Source: an uncultured Chloroflexia bacterium (GTDB lineage Bacteria > Chloroflexota > Dehalococcoidia > DSTF01 > JALHUB01). Taken from it: a stretch of DNA of 64,000 bases. The position numbers and the translations under genes were made by a program. The notes beneath the pieces were generated by a model. That model did no database searches. It was not told the DNA's origin and saw only the letters and a list, made by a program, of their open reading frames with translations. Positions 1-11,834 of this stretch are shown here, piece by piece. Position 1 is the first letter of the stretch, and every line of letters begins with the position of its first letter. The stretch covers positions 24,213 to 88,212 of the forward strand of contig CAVXOY010000020.1 of assembly GCA_963763495.1 (NCBI GenBank), given 5' to 3'.

Positions 1-1047
1 GCTCTCCTTTCTCGAAACCGGCGCTGTCAGGTCGAGCATCAGCACCTCAAGCGCCAGTTGAGGGTTCACGTTGTCGAGCAGGCGTTGCCGTGTTCGAGCT
101 ATGCTCTCCAGAAAGGACTTCGCCTTTCCTATACTATATTTTCGCGCGACCAGGCCCAGTCTGTCCAGGCTGCCTACGTTTGTCACAATGTCGGTGCATC
201 CCGCGGCGACGAGCAGCACGTCCCGCCACCACTCCTGCCACAGGTCGAGGGTCGCCAGCGTGCCTTCGCGGTCGCGGTAGAAGCGCGTGGCCAGTTGGGA
301 GGCGTAGGCGAAGCGCTCGTCGCGGCCGGCGGTGGTCAGGCGGTACACCTCCTCCAGCGTCGCCTCGCGGGCGGGCAGCCACGTCTCGTCCTCCCAGGCG
401 GTCACGGCCCAGCCCAGGCGGCCGCCGCTCATACGGGCCAGCACTGCGGCCTCCTCAGCCGGCACCGACCACTCCTCCTGTAGCGCCTGCGCGACTCGGC
501 TGATCGGCAGGGCAGAGAACGGTATCTGGCGGCAGCGGGAGCGCACCGTTGACAGGAGGGATCCCTCGCGGCTCGTCACCAGGATGAGGACCAGCGCCGG
601 CGGCGGCTCCTCCAGCGTCTTCAGGAAGGCGTTGGCGGCCTCGACGTTTAGGGCGTCTGCCGGGTCGACGATGACGACCCGATACCGTCCCTCGAACGGC
701 GTCCGGCTCGCCAGCCGCTCCAGCCGCCGTATCTGGCAGATGCGGATGTCCTTGGAGCCGTCGGCGGAGTGGTCCTTGTGTTCGGGCCCACCTTCTTCAC
801 ATAATCCACCGACGGTCACCACCTCCACGTCGGGGTGCTTACCCTCTTCGATCAGGTGACACGGGCGGCAGCGACGACAGGGCGGGTCTTCACCGTGGCA
901 GTTGAGGGCCTGGGCGAATTGCAGCGCCGTGGTGAACTTGCCGACTTGGGCGGGGCCGCTGAAGATGTAGGCATGGGAGAGGCGCTCCTGAGAGAGGCCC
1001 TGGGTCAGCATAGCCACCGCCCGCTCTTGGCCGATGATCGTCCACAC
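1..1047 (-). CDS. holB: DNA polymerase III subunit delta' (3' end runs off the window)
   Basis: My translation from GTG at 1047: VWTIIGQER...LSHAYIFSGPAQVGKFT...Cys zinc cluster...HPDV...AANAFLKTLEEPP...NVNPQLALEVLML. There is no stop before position 1, so it is absent from the ORF track. Confidence 0.9.
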   Translation of the reverse strand, partial: MWTIIGQERAVAMLTQGLSQERLSHAYIFSGPAQVGKFTTALQFAQALNCHGEDPPCRRCRPCHLIEEGKHPDVEVVTVGGLCEEGGPEHKDHSADGSKDIRICQIRRLERLASRTPFEGRYRVVIVDPADALNVEAANAFLKTLEEPPPALVLILVTSREGSLLSTVRSRCRQIPFSALPISRVAQALQEEWSVPAEEAAVLARMSGGRLGWAVTAWEDETWLPAREATLEEVYRLTTAGRDERFAYASQLATRFYRDREGTLATLDLWQEWWRDVLLVAAGCTDIVTNVGSLDRLGLVARKYSIGKAKSFLESIARTRQRLLDNVNPQLALEVLMLDLTAPVSRKES

Positions 1048-1067
1048 CGCTTCACCCCAGCCCGGCG

Positions 1068-2392
1068 CTACACATCGCAGCGCATGAGGTCGTCGTAGGT
1101 CTCGCGACGCCGCACCAGCCGCGCTTGGCCGTCCTTGACGAACAGCACAGCCGGTTTTAGCGAGCCGTTGTAGTTGCTGGCCATCGACAGGCAGTAGGCG
1201 CCGGCCCCCGGTATCGCCAGAATGTCACCCGCCCAGAGCCGGGGCAGGTCGGCGTCTCTGATCAGGACGTCGCCCGACTCGCAGTACTTGCCGGCAATCG
1301 TCACCTTCTCCGACGCTCCACCCTCCAGGCGGTTCGCCACCAGGGCCTCGTAGGCGGCGCCGTAGAGGGCGGGACGGATGTTGTCGGCCATGCCGCCGTC
1401 GACGGTCACGTACGTCCGCACGCCGGGGATCTCCTTGCGCGCCCCCACGCTGTACAGGGCCACGCCGGCCCGGCCCACGAGGGAGCGGCCCGGCTCGACT
1501 GTCAGGCGCGGCAAGGGCAGGACGTGTGCTGCGCAGCACTGCCTTCAGCGGCCGAGGTCGACGGCTTCGGCGTATTCGCCTTTCTGCGGCGGCGCGGCGC
1601 CCCGAACGTACTGAATGGCGAAGCCGCCGCCCACGCTCAGCTCTCGGAGTTGCGAGGCCGTGGCTGTCCTCCATGCGCGCGGCGAAGTCCACAACGACGC
1701 GGCAGGTCTGGGCGTGCGGCTCCATGTCGAATATCTGGGAGCCGATGTGGGCGTGCAGCCCTACCAGCTCCAGCCACGGCGACGCCGTCAGGCTCAGCAC
1801 CGCTTCCTCGGCCTGGCCGGTGGCAATGGCGATGCCGAACTTGCTGTCCAGGGCGCCGGTGGTGATGTACTGGTGCGTGTGAGGGTCGATGTTGGGCGAG
1901 ACCCGCAGCAACACCGGCTGCTGTCCGCTTCAGGTCGCCCGCCGCGTCGTTGAGCAGCACCGCCTCGTGAAAGTTGTCGATGACGACGTGGCCCACCCCC
2001 GCCGCCAGCCCTTCCCAAAGCTCCTGGGCCGACTTGTTGTTGCCGTGGAAGTAGACCCGCTCCATCGGGAACTCGGCGGCGCAGGCTATCGCCAGCTCTC
2101 CCCCCGAGGCCACGTCCAGCCCCAGACCCTCCTCGGCCATGAGACGGGCCAGGGCGCGGCTGAGATAGGCCTTGGCGGCGTAGGTGACGGTCGTCTCCTC
2201 GTGGCGGGAGCGGAACTCGCCCAGCCACTCGCGGCAGCCCTCGCGCAGCTCGACCTCATCGAAGACGTAGAGCGGCGTGCCGAACTCGCGCGCGAGATCG
2301 ACCGCGTCGCAACCGCCGATGGTCAGATGGCCCTCCGGCGTGGCAGCGGCCGTGCGGGGCAGGATCGGGACAAAAGCGGGATCAAGAGACAT
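1068..2392 (-). CDS. lysA: Diaminopimelate decarboxylase, split over several frames by probable sequencing indels
   Basis: FGTPLYV, YAAKA, HGNNKS (1637..2392); SKFG, HIGSQI (1225..1914); EPGRSLV, CESGD, GAYCLSMASNYN (1068..1514). Shifts near 1925, 1650 and 1520-1560. Confidence 0.9.
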
Positions 2393-2482
2393 AAGTCAAC
2401 ATCCAGGGAAGAACGGTTTCCGGCCGGTATCGAGATTATACGATGGGCGAAGGGGAGGGTCTAGGCAACCGGCGGCGTCAGC

Positions 2483-3373
2483 CTATCCCGGCAGCCGGCA
2501 GACGACCTCGTCTCCCTCCTGCTGCATCACCACCTTGCCCTCGCTCTGGAGCTTGTGGAGATGCGATAGTATCTGCCCCTGCGCCATCCGCTCCAGATGA
2601 GGGCTCAGCTCCGGGTAGATGCCTTGCACGAGCTCGCTCAGCCTCTCCTTCCCCTGGCTGATGAGGAGAAGCACCTGCTCGTCGCGCTCCCGCCGGTGCT
2701 CGATCAGTTCCTCGATCTTGCGCTTGGGCTGGCGGACGATGGGGCCGTGACCGGGGCAGATGAGGGCGGCGTCGAGCTCTTCCATCCTGCGCAGGGAGTC
2801 GAGGTACTGGGCCATGTCGCCGTGGGGTGGCGGCGCGATCGCCGTCGTGCCGATGCCGAGGACGTTGTCGCCGCTGAACAGCACCCGTTCTTCTTCCAGG
2901 AGGAGGCAGATGTGGCCGGCGCTGTGGCCCGGCGTGTGCACGACGCGCAACTTGAGCGAGCCGACCGGCAGTGTATCGCCGTCTTCGAGAGAGAGGTCGA
3001 CCGTCACCTTCGCCGCTTCCCGGCGTAGCATCCGCTCTTCCGGGCTATCCTCGGGCCGCTCCCGTTCCGCCGACTCGCGCAGAAGCTGCGCCTCCAGCGG
3101 GTGCATAGCGATGCGCGCCCCCGTCGCTTCACTGAGGCGGCGGGCGCCGCTGGCGTGGTCGAAGTGATGGTGAGTGAGGACAATGTACGCCAGTTTGACA
3201 TCTCCCAGTCCCTCCAGGTACTCCATCCGCTCCCGGAACGAGTCATCGTTGGGGAAGCCGCTGTCGATCATGATCCCCTGCCCCTGGTTCACCACCAGAT
3301 AGACGTTAGGGGAGTAGACGCCGGGAGACTTCATCGGTACGCGGACGGTGTGGACGTTGGGAGTGACTTCCAT
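2483..3373 (-). CDS. MBL-fold metallo-hydrolase (LACTB2-like, C-terminal winged helix)
   Basis: THHHFDH, HTPGHSAGH, FSGD and PGHG motifs. Confidence 0.85.
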   Translation of the reverse strand: MEVTPNVHTVRVPMKSPGVYSPNVYLVVNQGQGIMIDSGFPNDDSFRERMEYLEGLGDVKLAYIVLTHHHFDHASGARRLSEATGARIAMHPLEAQLLRESAERERPEDSPEERMLRREAAKVTVDLSLEDGDTLPVGSLKLRVVHTPGHSAGHICLLLEEERVLFSGDNVLGIGTTAIAPPPHGDMAQYLDSLRRMEELDAALICPGHGPIVRQPKRKIEELIEHRRERDEQVLLLISQGKERLSELVQGIYPELSPHLERMAQGQILSHLHKLQSEGKVVMQQEGDEVVCRLPG

Positions 3374-3510
3374 CGCAGCTCTCTCGAGAAGGTTGTGGGT
3401 GATGCGCAGTCATTATACAGGGCTTCACCGGCTCAGGCGACGCCGCTTTGACCGCTATGTCGCGCTCTGCTATCCTGCCAGCCATCAGCCGGCGCCCAGG
3501 GAGGAGAGAC

Positions 3511-4153
3511 GTGACGAGCGCACAGGGATGAAGGTCTGACCGTGATCAAGGTAGGGCCGCTGGGGCCGTTCGCCAACAACGGCTACGTGATCATCGATCC
3601 CGAGAGCGGCGAGAGCCTGATCGTCGACATGCCGCACGAGGGGGAGAAGCTGCTTCAGGCGGCCCAGGGGACGCACGTGACGCGGGTCGTCCTCACCCAC
3701 GCTCACCCCGACCATCTGCCGTCCTATGACCTGATAACGGCGGCGACCGGCGCGCCCGTCTGCGCTCATGAGGACGAAATCGGCATGCCCCCGCAGAAGG
3801 TCCAGGAGCGCCTGACCGATGGCCAGGAGTTGCCGCTGGGCAAGCAGCGCGTCACCGTCATCCACACGCCGGGACATACGCCGGGCAGCCTATGTTTGCT
3901 TGCCGGTAGGTTCCTCATCGCCGGCGACACGCTCTTCCCTGGTGGCCCCGGCCACAGCGACCGTCCGGAGGAGTTGCAGCAGGAGATAAAGTCGATCGTG
4001 GAGAGGCTCTTCGCGCTGCCGGATGACACCATCGTCTACCCCGGGCACGGCGACGATACCACCATCGGCCGCTCCCGGCGGGAGTACGCCGTCTTCGCCT
4101 CCCGCGAACACCCGCCGGATCTCTGCGGCGACGTGACCTGGGAGGGATCGTAA
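3511..4153 (+). CDS. MBL-fold hydrolase, glyoxalase II-like
   Basis: THAHPDH, TPGHTPG, GDTLF, PGHG. ORF track start is 3542; SD GGAGG plus GTG at 3511 is in frame if one extra G near 3526 is removed. Confidence 0.85.
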
Positions 4154-4252
4154 GACTCAGGGAATGAGATTCGGGGAGAGCCGTATTCCCGCGCTAGTGG
4201 CTTGGGTTGAGGAGGATAGGCAAGCCCGTCGGCGGTGGACTTGAAGGAGAGA

Positions 4253-5850
4253 CTATGCCGCCACGTCGGCGGCGATTCGAGGACAGGTGGTGTTGCCGCC
4301 TGCGGACTTCGCCTCGTATAGTGCCGCGTCGGCTCTCGCGATCAGATCTGCCACCTTCTCGCCGCTACTGGTGTCGAACTGTTGCCACACCTAGGCTTGT
4401 CCGCATCTTTATGCTTCTGCGGCTGGACACATAGAACTTCTGCTTTTCTACCTTGCTTCGGAAGCGTTCCCCGAATCTCCGCGCCGCCCGCAAGTCTGTC
4501 TCCGGCAGAATGAACAGGAACTCATCGCCGCCGTAACGGCCGACCACGTCACCGCGCCGGCAGCTTCGCCGGGCCAGCCTTGCTAGCTGCACCAGCGCGT
4601 CATCTCCTGCGTTGTGCCCGTATCGGTCGTTCACCCCTTTGAACATATCCATGTCCATCAGCGCTACGCTTAGGTGAGTGTCATGGCGTACCGCTCGCGC
4701 GCACTCTCCTTCGACTACTTCCTCGACATATCGGCGGTTCGGTATCCCCGTCAGCGCATCCGTCCTCGCCAAGCGGTGCTGCACCTCCATGCTTTCCTGC
4801 AGCTTCTCCGAGTACTCCCGTAGCTGCTTCTCCGACTCCGCCAGCGCCTTGTACATCTGCCGAGCCTTGAGCGCTACCGCCACCTGCGCCGCTATCCCTT
4901 CTAGGAACTCCACCTCCTCCGGCGGGAAGGTGCGGACCCGGAAGCTGGCCAGACCCATGGTGCCCAAGGCCTCGTCGCCGAAGGTAATCGGGATCTCAGC
5001 CCCCGACCTCAACATCGCCCAGCGGAAGAACTTGCGGGCGACCTCGGGAATCAGCTCTTGGTTCTGGAGGTCGGGTGATAGCGGTCGGCTGCCGGGTGCG
5101 GATAGCTTCCAGAGCCGGCATGTAGGGGATCGAAGCCATCAGGTCCTGCCACTCGTGGCCCAGCGAAGTATCCTGCCAGCGGAAACGGTTCATCGCCCGG
5201 ACGGTGAACTTCTCCGAGGCCTCGTCCCAGAGGTCGAGGGTTACCGCTTCATAATCGATGCAACTGGAGATGGCGGTGGCCAGGTCTTCGAGAACGGATT
5301 CGGTGTCCTCAGACTGGGTAAGCACCGCCGCGGCATTGGCCAGAGTCTTCAGTTGCTCCCGCTCGCGGCAACCGCGAGCGGCATTTAGCATACGCTCCAT
5401 GAAGAAGGTCAGAGGGGGAAGCGCCAGATCTAGGAACCTCAGCACCTGAGCGTCGATGCCATTCTCCCAGGGTCCCCGCATGATCAGCATCTCTGCGGGG
5501 CTTTCGAGGGTGGGGATCCTAAGCGCGATATACTGCCGCCCCTCGGCCTGGGGGTCGCTCGTCAAGTCCTCCACCCGGCGGTCTCGCATGTTGAACGCGA
5601 CCGGCCCCTCGTGTGTCTGGGCCTGTTGCTGCACCAGCCAAAGACCCGTTCGTCCCGTGCCGACATCGTCTCCCGACCGGGAATCACCGCAGGCGGCCCA
5701 GTCCCTATCTTCGGCGTAGACAAAATGCACCCGGGTCACATCAAGGAAATCGCGTAGGGTGTCGGCGATGCGGGTGAGGTCATCCTTAGTCGCGTCGCTC
5801 TCCACTGCCATCTTGGCAAGCCGGCGCACGGCGTCAAACGCTTGTTTCAT
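4253..5850 (-). CDS. GAF-GGDEF diguanylate cyclase (copy 1), frameshifted
   Basis: 4996..5850 N-terminal sensor/GAF; 4365..5015 TDALTG...RRGD...GGDEF; final frame ADLIARADAALYEAKSAG ends at TAG 4253-4255. Two extra bases near 5075 and 4382. Confidence 0.85.
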
Positions 5851-6037
5851 CGGTTCTCCCAGTCAAGCTGTGCATCAGGCGCAGCGACCGTCTATCGAAA
5901 TGTCGGCTTCTCGCATGCCGTCCCTCATACCTCAGCAGCAGAAAAGCCCGAAGCCGCCGCTGAGGCAATACCCTCGAAGAGTCCGCAGTGGCTTGCGTCG
6001 TTTTGAGCAAAGCATCTGGGGAAGGATCCATGGGCAT

Positions 6038-7641
6038 CTATGCAGCCTGCCTCGGCGAGCGGTAGGCGATGGTCCTGTTGCGCCCTTGGGACTTCGCCTC
6101 GTACAGCGCCTCGTCTGCTCTTGAGACAAGCGCTGATGGCCTCTGGCCTCCCTCCCTGTCAAGCTCTGCTACCCCTAGGCTCACTTTCATTCGTATGCGC
6201 TGGCCGGACGACAGGTGGAATACTTGCTTGGCTACGCTGGAGCGGAACCTATCGGCAAACCTCTTCGCCGCGTTCTGGTCGGCCTCAGGCAGCACAAACA
6301 GAAACTCGTCGCCGCCGTAGCGTCCCACGACGTCGCCCTGCCGGCAACTGCGCCGCGCCAGGTCGGCCAACTGCACTAGGGCCTCGTCCCCCGCCTTATG
6401 GCCGTAGGTATCGTTGATCGCCTTGAAAAAATCCACGTCGGCGATTGCTACGCTCAGAGGCGTCTTGTGCCGAGTCGCCCGCGCATGCTCCCCCTTGACC
6501 ACCTCGTCCGCGTACCGCCGATTGGGTATTCCCGTCAATGCGTCGGTCCTTGCCAGGCGGTGCTGGATCTCCATGCCCTCCTGGAGCTGCTGAGAATACT
6601 CTCTCAGCTGCTCCTCCGACTCGGCAAGGGCCTTGTACATGCGCACCGCCTTCAAAGCCACCGCTAACTGAGCAGCGAACCCTTCCAGAACGTCCACCTC
6701 CTGCGGCGAGAAGCTTCGCGGACGCTGACTGGCCACTCTCAACGTTCCCAGAAACTCGTCGCGGAAAATGAGCGGGAACTGGCCGCCGGCGAAGATGTGG
6801 GCGTTCCTAAAGAACCTCCGCCCGAACGCCGGCACCCGCTCGTCGTTCTGGAGATCGGATACGAGGATCGGCTTGCGGCTGCGCATGGTCAGCTCCATCA
6901 CCGCGGGAGAGTACAGTCGGGCCCATGCCCTGTGCTCGCCAGAGATGTCCCAGCGAGGTGTTGACCTGCGGGGTCTTGGTTGATGGCGGTCATGATGAAG
7001 GCCTGCGCTCGCTCGTCGTACACGTCAATGGACGCCAGCTCATAGCCGCTGGAGTGGGAGATGGCGGTGGCGAGGTCCTCGAGGGCAACCTCCACGCGCT
7101 CGGCCTGGGTCAGCAGCTCAGCGGCGCTGGCCAGGGCGGTCATCTGCTCCCTCTGACGAGCCGCGCGCGAGGTGCTCAGTTCCTGCTCCATGATGAGAGC
7201 CAGAGCAGGGGTGGCAGTCTCCACGAAGGCGAAAACGCCGTCGTCTATCCGACACTCCCAGGGGCCTCTTATGATCAGCATCTCATCAGAGGTGCCGCCG
7301 CTGGGCACAGGGAAAGCCACGTAGGCTCGACCATCGGCATCGAGGGCGCCTGTGATCTCCTCGACCCGCTCGTGACATATGTTGAACGCCACCGGCCCGC
7401 CGCTTATCTCGATCTGGTGCTGCACCAGCCAGAGCCCGATCTGGGTTGTGGCAAGACTGTCGCGGGAAGAGGAATCCCCGCAGGTCAGGAAATCCCTGTC
7501 CTGGACATAGACGAGGAATACCCGGTCGACGGCAAGGGAATCGCGAACCACATCCACAACTTGGGCAAGCCTCTTCTCCCTTGAAGGGCTGTCGAAGACA
7601 GCATTTGCCAAGTCGCGCAGGCTCTGAACTCTGTCGGGCAT
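6038..7641 (-). CDS. GAF-GGDEF diguanylate cyclase (copy 2), frameshifted
   Basis: 6898..7641 plus 6038..6901; RQGD I-site, GGDEF, ADEALYEAK. The bridging frame reads NTSLGHLW, matching DTSLGHEW in copy 1. Confidence 0.85.
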
Positions 7642-7838
7642 GCTCTACCGTCTGCCTCTTACTAGGCTTTCCTGTTGTAAGGTTCGGCAGCAGGGGGTCG
7701 TTCTTGATATCTATTGACGTGGTTCGTGGGCAATCTTGGGGTACCGCGGCCTTGCTTGAGTGGCCTGAGTCGGTGCCCGTACAATGACTGGGGGAGTAGC
7801 CCCTAGACCGTTCTTGAGAGGGAGATTCCCGATAACAC

Positions 7839-9113
7839 ATGGAAGAGCAAGCGTTCCATAGAACTGAATTGGCCAGCGGCCTCCGCGTTTTGACTGCTCC
7901 CATGCCCCATACCCGCTCGGTGAGTGTGAGCATCTACGTCGGCGCCGGCTCCCGCTACGAGAGGCCCTTTGAGGCAGGTCTTTCTCACTTCGTGGAGCAC
8001 CTCTGTTTCAAGGGGACGGAGAGAAGGCCCAGTCCTCGGCTGATATCCGAGGTCATCGACAACGTTGGTGGCATCCTGAATGCCGGCACCGATCGCGAGC
8101 TCACCGTCTACTACGGCAAGGTCGCGCGGCCTCACCTCGAGTTGGTGGTGGACATACTGGCGGACATGCTCCGCTACTCTCTCTTGGCGCCGGAGGAGGT
8201 AGAGAAGGAACGGCGGGTCATCCTTGAGGAACTGGCCATGGTCGCCGACTCACCGTCCCAACTCGTCGATGTCCTTATCGACGAGGTTCTCTGGCCTGAT
8301 CAGCCTTTGGGTTGGGACGTGGCGGGCAACCGGGAGACGGTGTCGGCCGTGACCCGCGACATGGTCCTAGACTATCTTCACCGCCAGTACGTGCCCAACA
8401 ACATGGTGGTGAGCGTGGCCGGCAACGTCGGCGAGGAGGAGGTGCTGGATCTCATCGGCAGGGCGATGGGCGATTGGCCGTCGGGGAAACCATCGGACTG
8501 GTTCCCGGCGCGCCGGCCTCAGACGCAAACGGGGATAGCGGTGACTCAGAAGAAGACGGAGCAGGCGCATCTGTCCCTGGCTGTTCACGGTCTGCCGATT
8601 GAGCACCCCGATCGCTATGTCATCGACCTCCTCAGCGTCATTCTGGGCGAGAGCATGAGCAGCCGGCTCTTCTTGGAGCTTCGGGAGAGAATGGGGCTCT
8701 GTTACGACATCCACAGCTACGTCAACCACTTCCTCGATGCCGGCTCTTTGAGCATCTATGCCGGGGTTGACCCCCAAAACGCCCTCAAGGCGCTGAAGGC
8801 GCTGGTGACGGAGTTGGATCACCTTCGTGAGGGTGTTCCCGAAGAGGAGTTGCGCAAGGCCAAGGAGCTATCGAAAGGGAGAATGCTCCTGCGGATGGAG
8901 GACACCCGGGCCGTCTCCGGCTGGATCGGGGCCCAGGAGCTTCTCCTGGGCAAGGTGCGGACGGTCGATGAGGTGGTGGAGGAGGTTGAGGCGGTTGCCG
9001 TCGAGGACATGAGGCGGGTGGCCAACGAACTGCTGGTCAGCGGCAGCCTCAACCTGGCGGTTGTTGGGCCCTTCCGAAGCGAGAGACGGTTTCTCCCCTT
9101 GCTCAAGCTCTAG
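7839..9113 (+). CDS. M16 (pitrilysin/insulinase family) zinc peptidase
   Basis: Inverted zinc motif HFVEHLCFKGT; SSRLFLELRERMGLCY. Confidence 0.9.
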   Translation: MEEQAFHRTELASGLRVLTAPMPHTRSVSVSIYVGAGSRYERPFEAGLSHFVEHLCFKGTERRPSPRLISEVIDNVGGILNAGTDRELTVYYGKVARPHLELVVDILADMLRYSLLAPEEVEKERRVILEELAMVADSPSQLVDVLIDEVLWPDQPLGWDVAGNRETVSAVTRDMVLDYLHRQYVPNNMVVSVAGNVGEEEVLDLIGRAMGDWPSGKPSDWFPARRPQTQTGIAVTQKKTEQAHLSLAVHGLPIEHPDRYVIDLLSVILGESMSSRLFLELRERMGLCYDIHSYVNHFLDAGSLSIYAGVDPQNALKALKALVTELDHLREGVPEEELRKAKELSKGRMLLRMEDTRAVSGWIGAQELLLGKVRTVDEVVEEVEAVAVEDMRRVANELLVSGSLNLAVVGPFRSERRFLPLLKL

Positions 9114-9195
9114 GCCGGCTATTCCGCTAGATCGAGGCTGGTGCGCCGCTGTCTTAAGACTAGCCGCCTAACTCCTCACCATCTTCCTGGAGTCT

Positions 9196-9232
9196 AAACA
9201 GAAAGGGCCGCCCGGTGCATCCAGGCGGCCCT
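9196..9232 (-). terminator. Intrinsic terminator after groEL
   Basis: Minus strand AGGGCCGCC-loop-GGCGGCCCT followed by TTCTGTTT. Confidence 0.8.
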
Positions 9233-9253
9233 CATTGTCCGTTGTGATCTCTT

Positions 9254-10888
<1,635 letters not shown>

Positions 10889-10973
10889 CTAACTTCGCTC
10901 CATTCGCCCACTAGCAAGAGTTCTTTGTTCCCGACAAGCCTTTCTGCCTCTGATGAGCGAAGGGTGAGTCAGG

Positions 10974-11342
10974 CTACTTTTTCTGCTGCTTCTTGATAGT
11001 ACCCTTCGGCGCTATGGACCGAATACCCCCCTTGTCCGCTACATCCACAATCTGAACTTTGCAGAGGATGTCCTTCTCGGAGAGGACGATGTACTCGGTC
11101 TGATCGATCTTGATCTCCTGGCCGCTGTACTTGGCGTAGAGAATGCGGTCGCCGACTTTGACGTCCATGGCGATGCGCTTTCCCTCATCGTCCAACCGCC
11201 CGGGGCCCGCCGCCACGATCTCGCCCTGCTGAGGCTTCTCCTTGGCCGTGTCGGGGATGACGATGCCGCTTGCCAGCACTTCTTCCTGGACAACCGGCTT
11301 GATCACAAGCTTGTCCGCCAGGGGAATGAGTTTGGTAGCCAA
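10974..11342 (-). CDS. groS: Co-chaperonin GroES with C-terminal extension
   Basis: PLADK, SGIVIPDTAKEKPQQGE, VKVGD; TTG start after SD AAGGAGG. Confidence 0.95.
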   Translation of the reverse strand: MATKLIPLADKLVIKPVVQEEVLASGIVIPDTAKEKPQQGEIVAAGPGRLDDEGKRIAMDVKVGDRILYAKYSGQEIKIDQTEYIVLSEKDILCKVQIVDVADKGGIRSIAPKGTIKKQQKK

Positions 11343-11416
11343 TCTTAGACCCTCCTTCTCTTACGATTGGAAATTCCTGAGTCCTTCCGCCCGGCTGCTC
11401 TCGGCCGGGCAGCAGG

Positions 11417-11443
11417 TTAGCACTCTCATGACGAGAGTGCTAA
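11417..11443. promoter_or_regulatory. CIRCE element (HrcA operator)
   Basis: Exact TTAGCACTC-N9-GAGTGCTAA upstream of groES. Confidence 0.97.
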
Positions 11444-11452
11444 TCAACCATA

Positions 11453-11481
11453 ATATTAGCGCAGTCGCCGCCCACGCGCAA
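11453..11481 (-). promoter_or_regulatory. Sigma70-type promoter of groESL
   Basis: TTGCGC-17 nt-TAATAT just upstream of CIRCE. Confidence 0.55.
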
Positions 11482-11518
11482 GAAGCTGAAGGTCACGATG
11501 ATGAAAGAAGATCGTCGC

Positions 11519-11547
11519 TTGACGGCGTACACGTTTCCGTGTAAGAT
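11519..11547 (+). promoter_or_regulatory. Sigma70-type promoter of the XRE gene
   Basis: TTGACG-17 nt-TAAGAT, with ATG 6 nt downstream at 11554. Confidence 0.65.
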
Positions 11548-11553
11548 TCCTTC

Positions 11554-11827
11554 ATGGCTAAGAGAAAGAGTCAAGTACGACTGGGACGCCTCCCGGGTCC
11601 AGGCGCTGCGCCGCCACCTCGGTCTCACCCAGCAGGAGATGGCCGATGAGCTGGGGACGCGCCAGCAGACGATCAGCGAGTGGGAGACCGAGCAGTACCG
11701 CCCCCGCGGCGCCTCGGCGCGTCTCCTCACCCTCGTGGCGGAGCGGGCCGGCTTCTCCTACGAGGCCGGCGGCGGCGAAGAATCACCTGAGCGCGATCAG
11801 AAGCCGCCGGGCGAGGAAGGAGACTAG
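11554..11827 (+). CDS. XRE/Cro-like helix-turn-helix protein
   Basis: LRRHLGLTQQEMADELGTRQQTISEWE. The start at 11554 needs one extra base removed; ORF track start is 11498. Confidence 0.8.
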
Positions 11828-11834
11828 CCCCGCC

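Noticed and set aside
1068-2392. lysA pseudogene or programmed frameshifting
   Set aside because: Catalytic motifs are intact, I saw no slippery heptamers, and the breaks match the general insertion-error pattern.
2483-4153. Divergent MBL pair as antibiotic-resistance genes
   Set aside because: No signal peptides; the motifs fit cytoplasmic housekeeping hydrolases.
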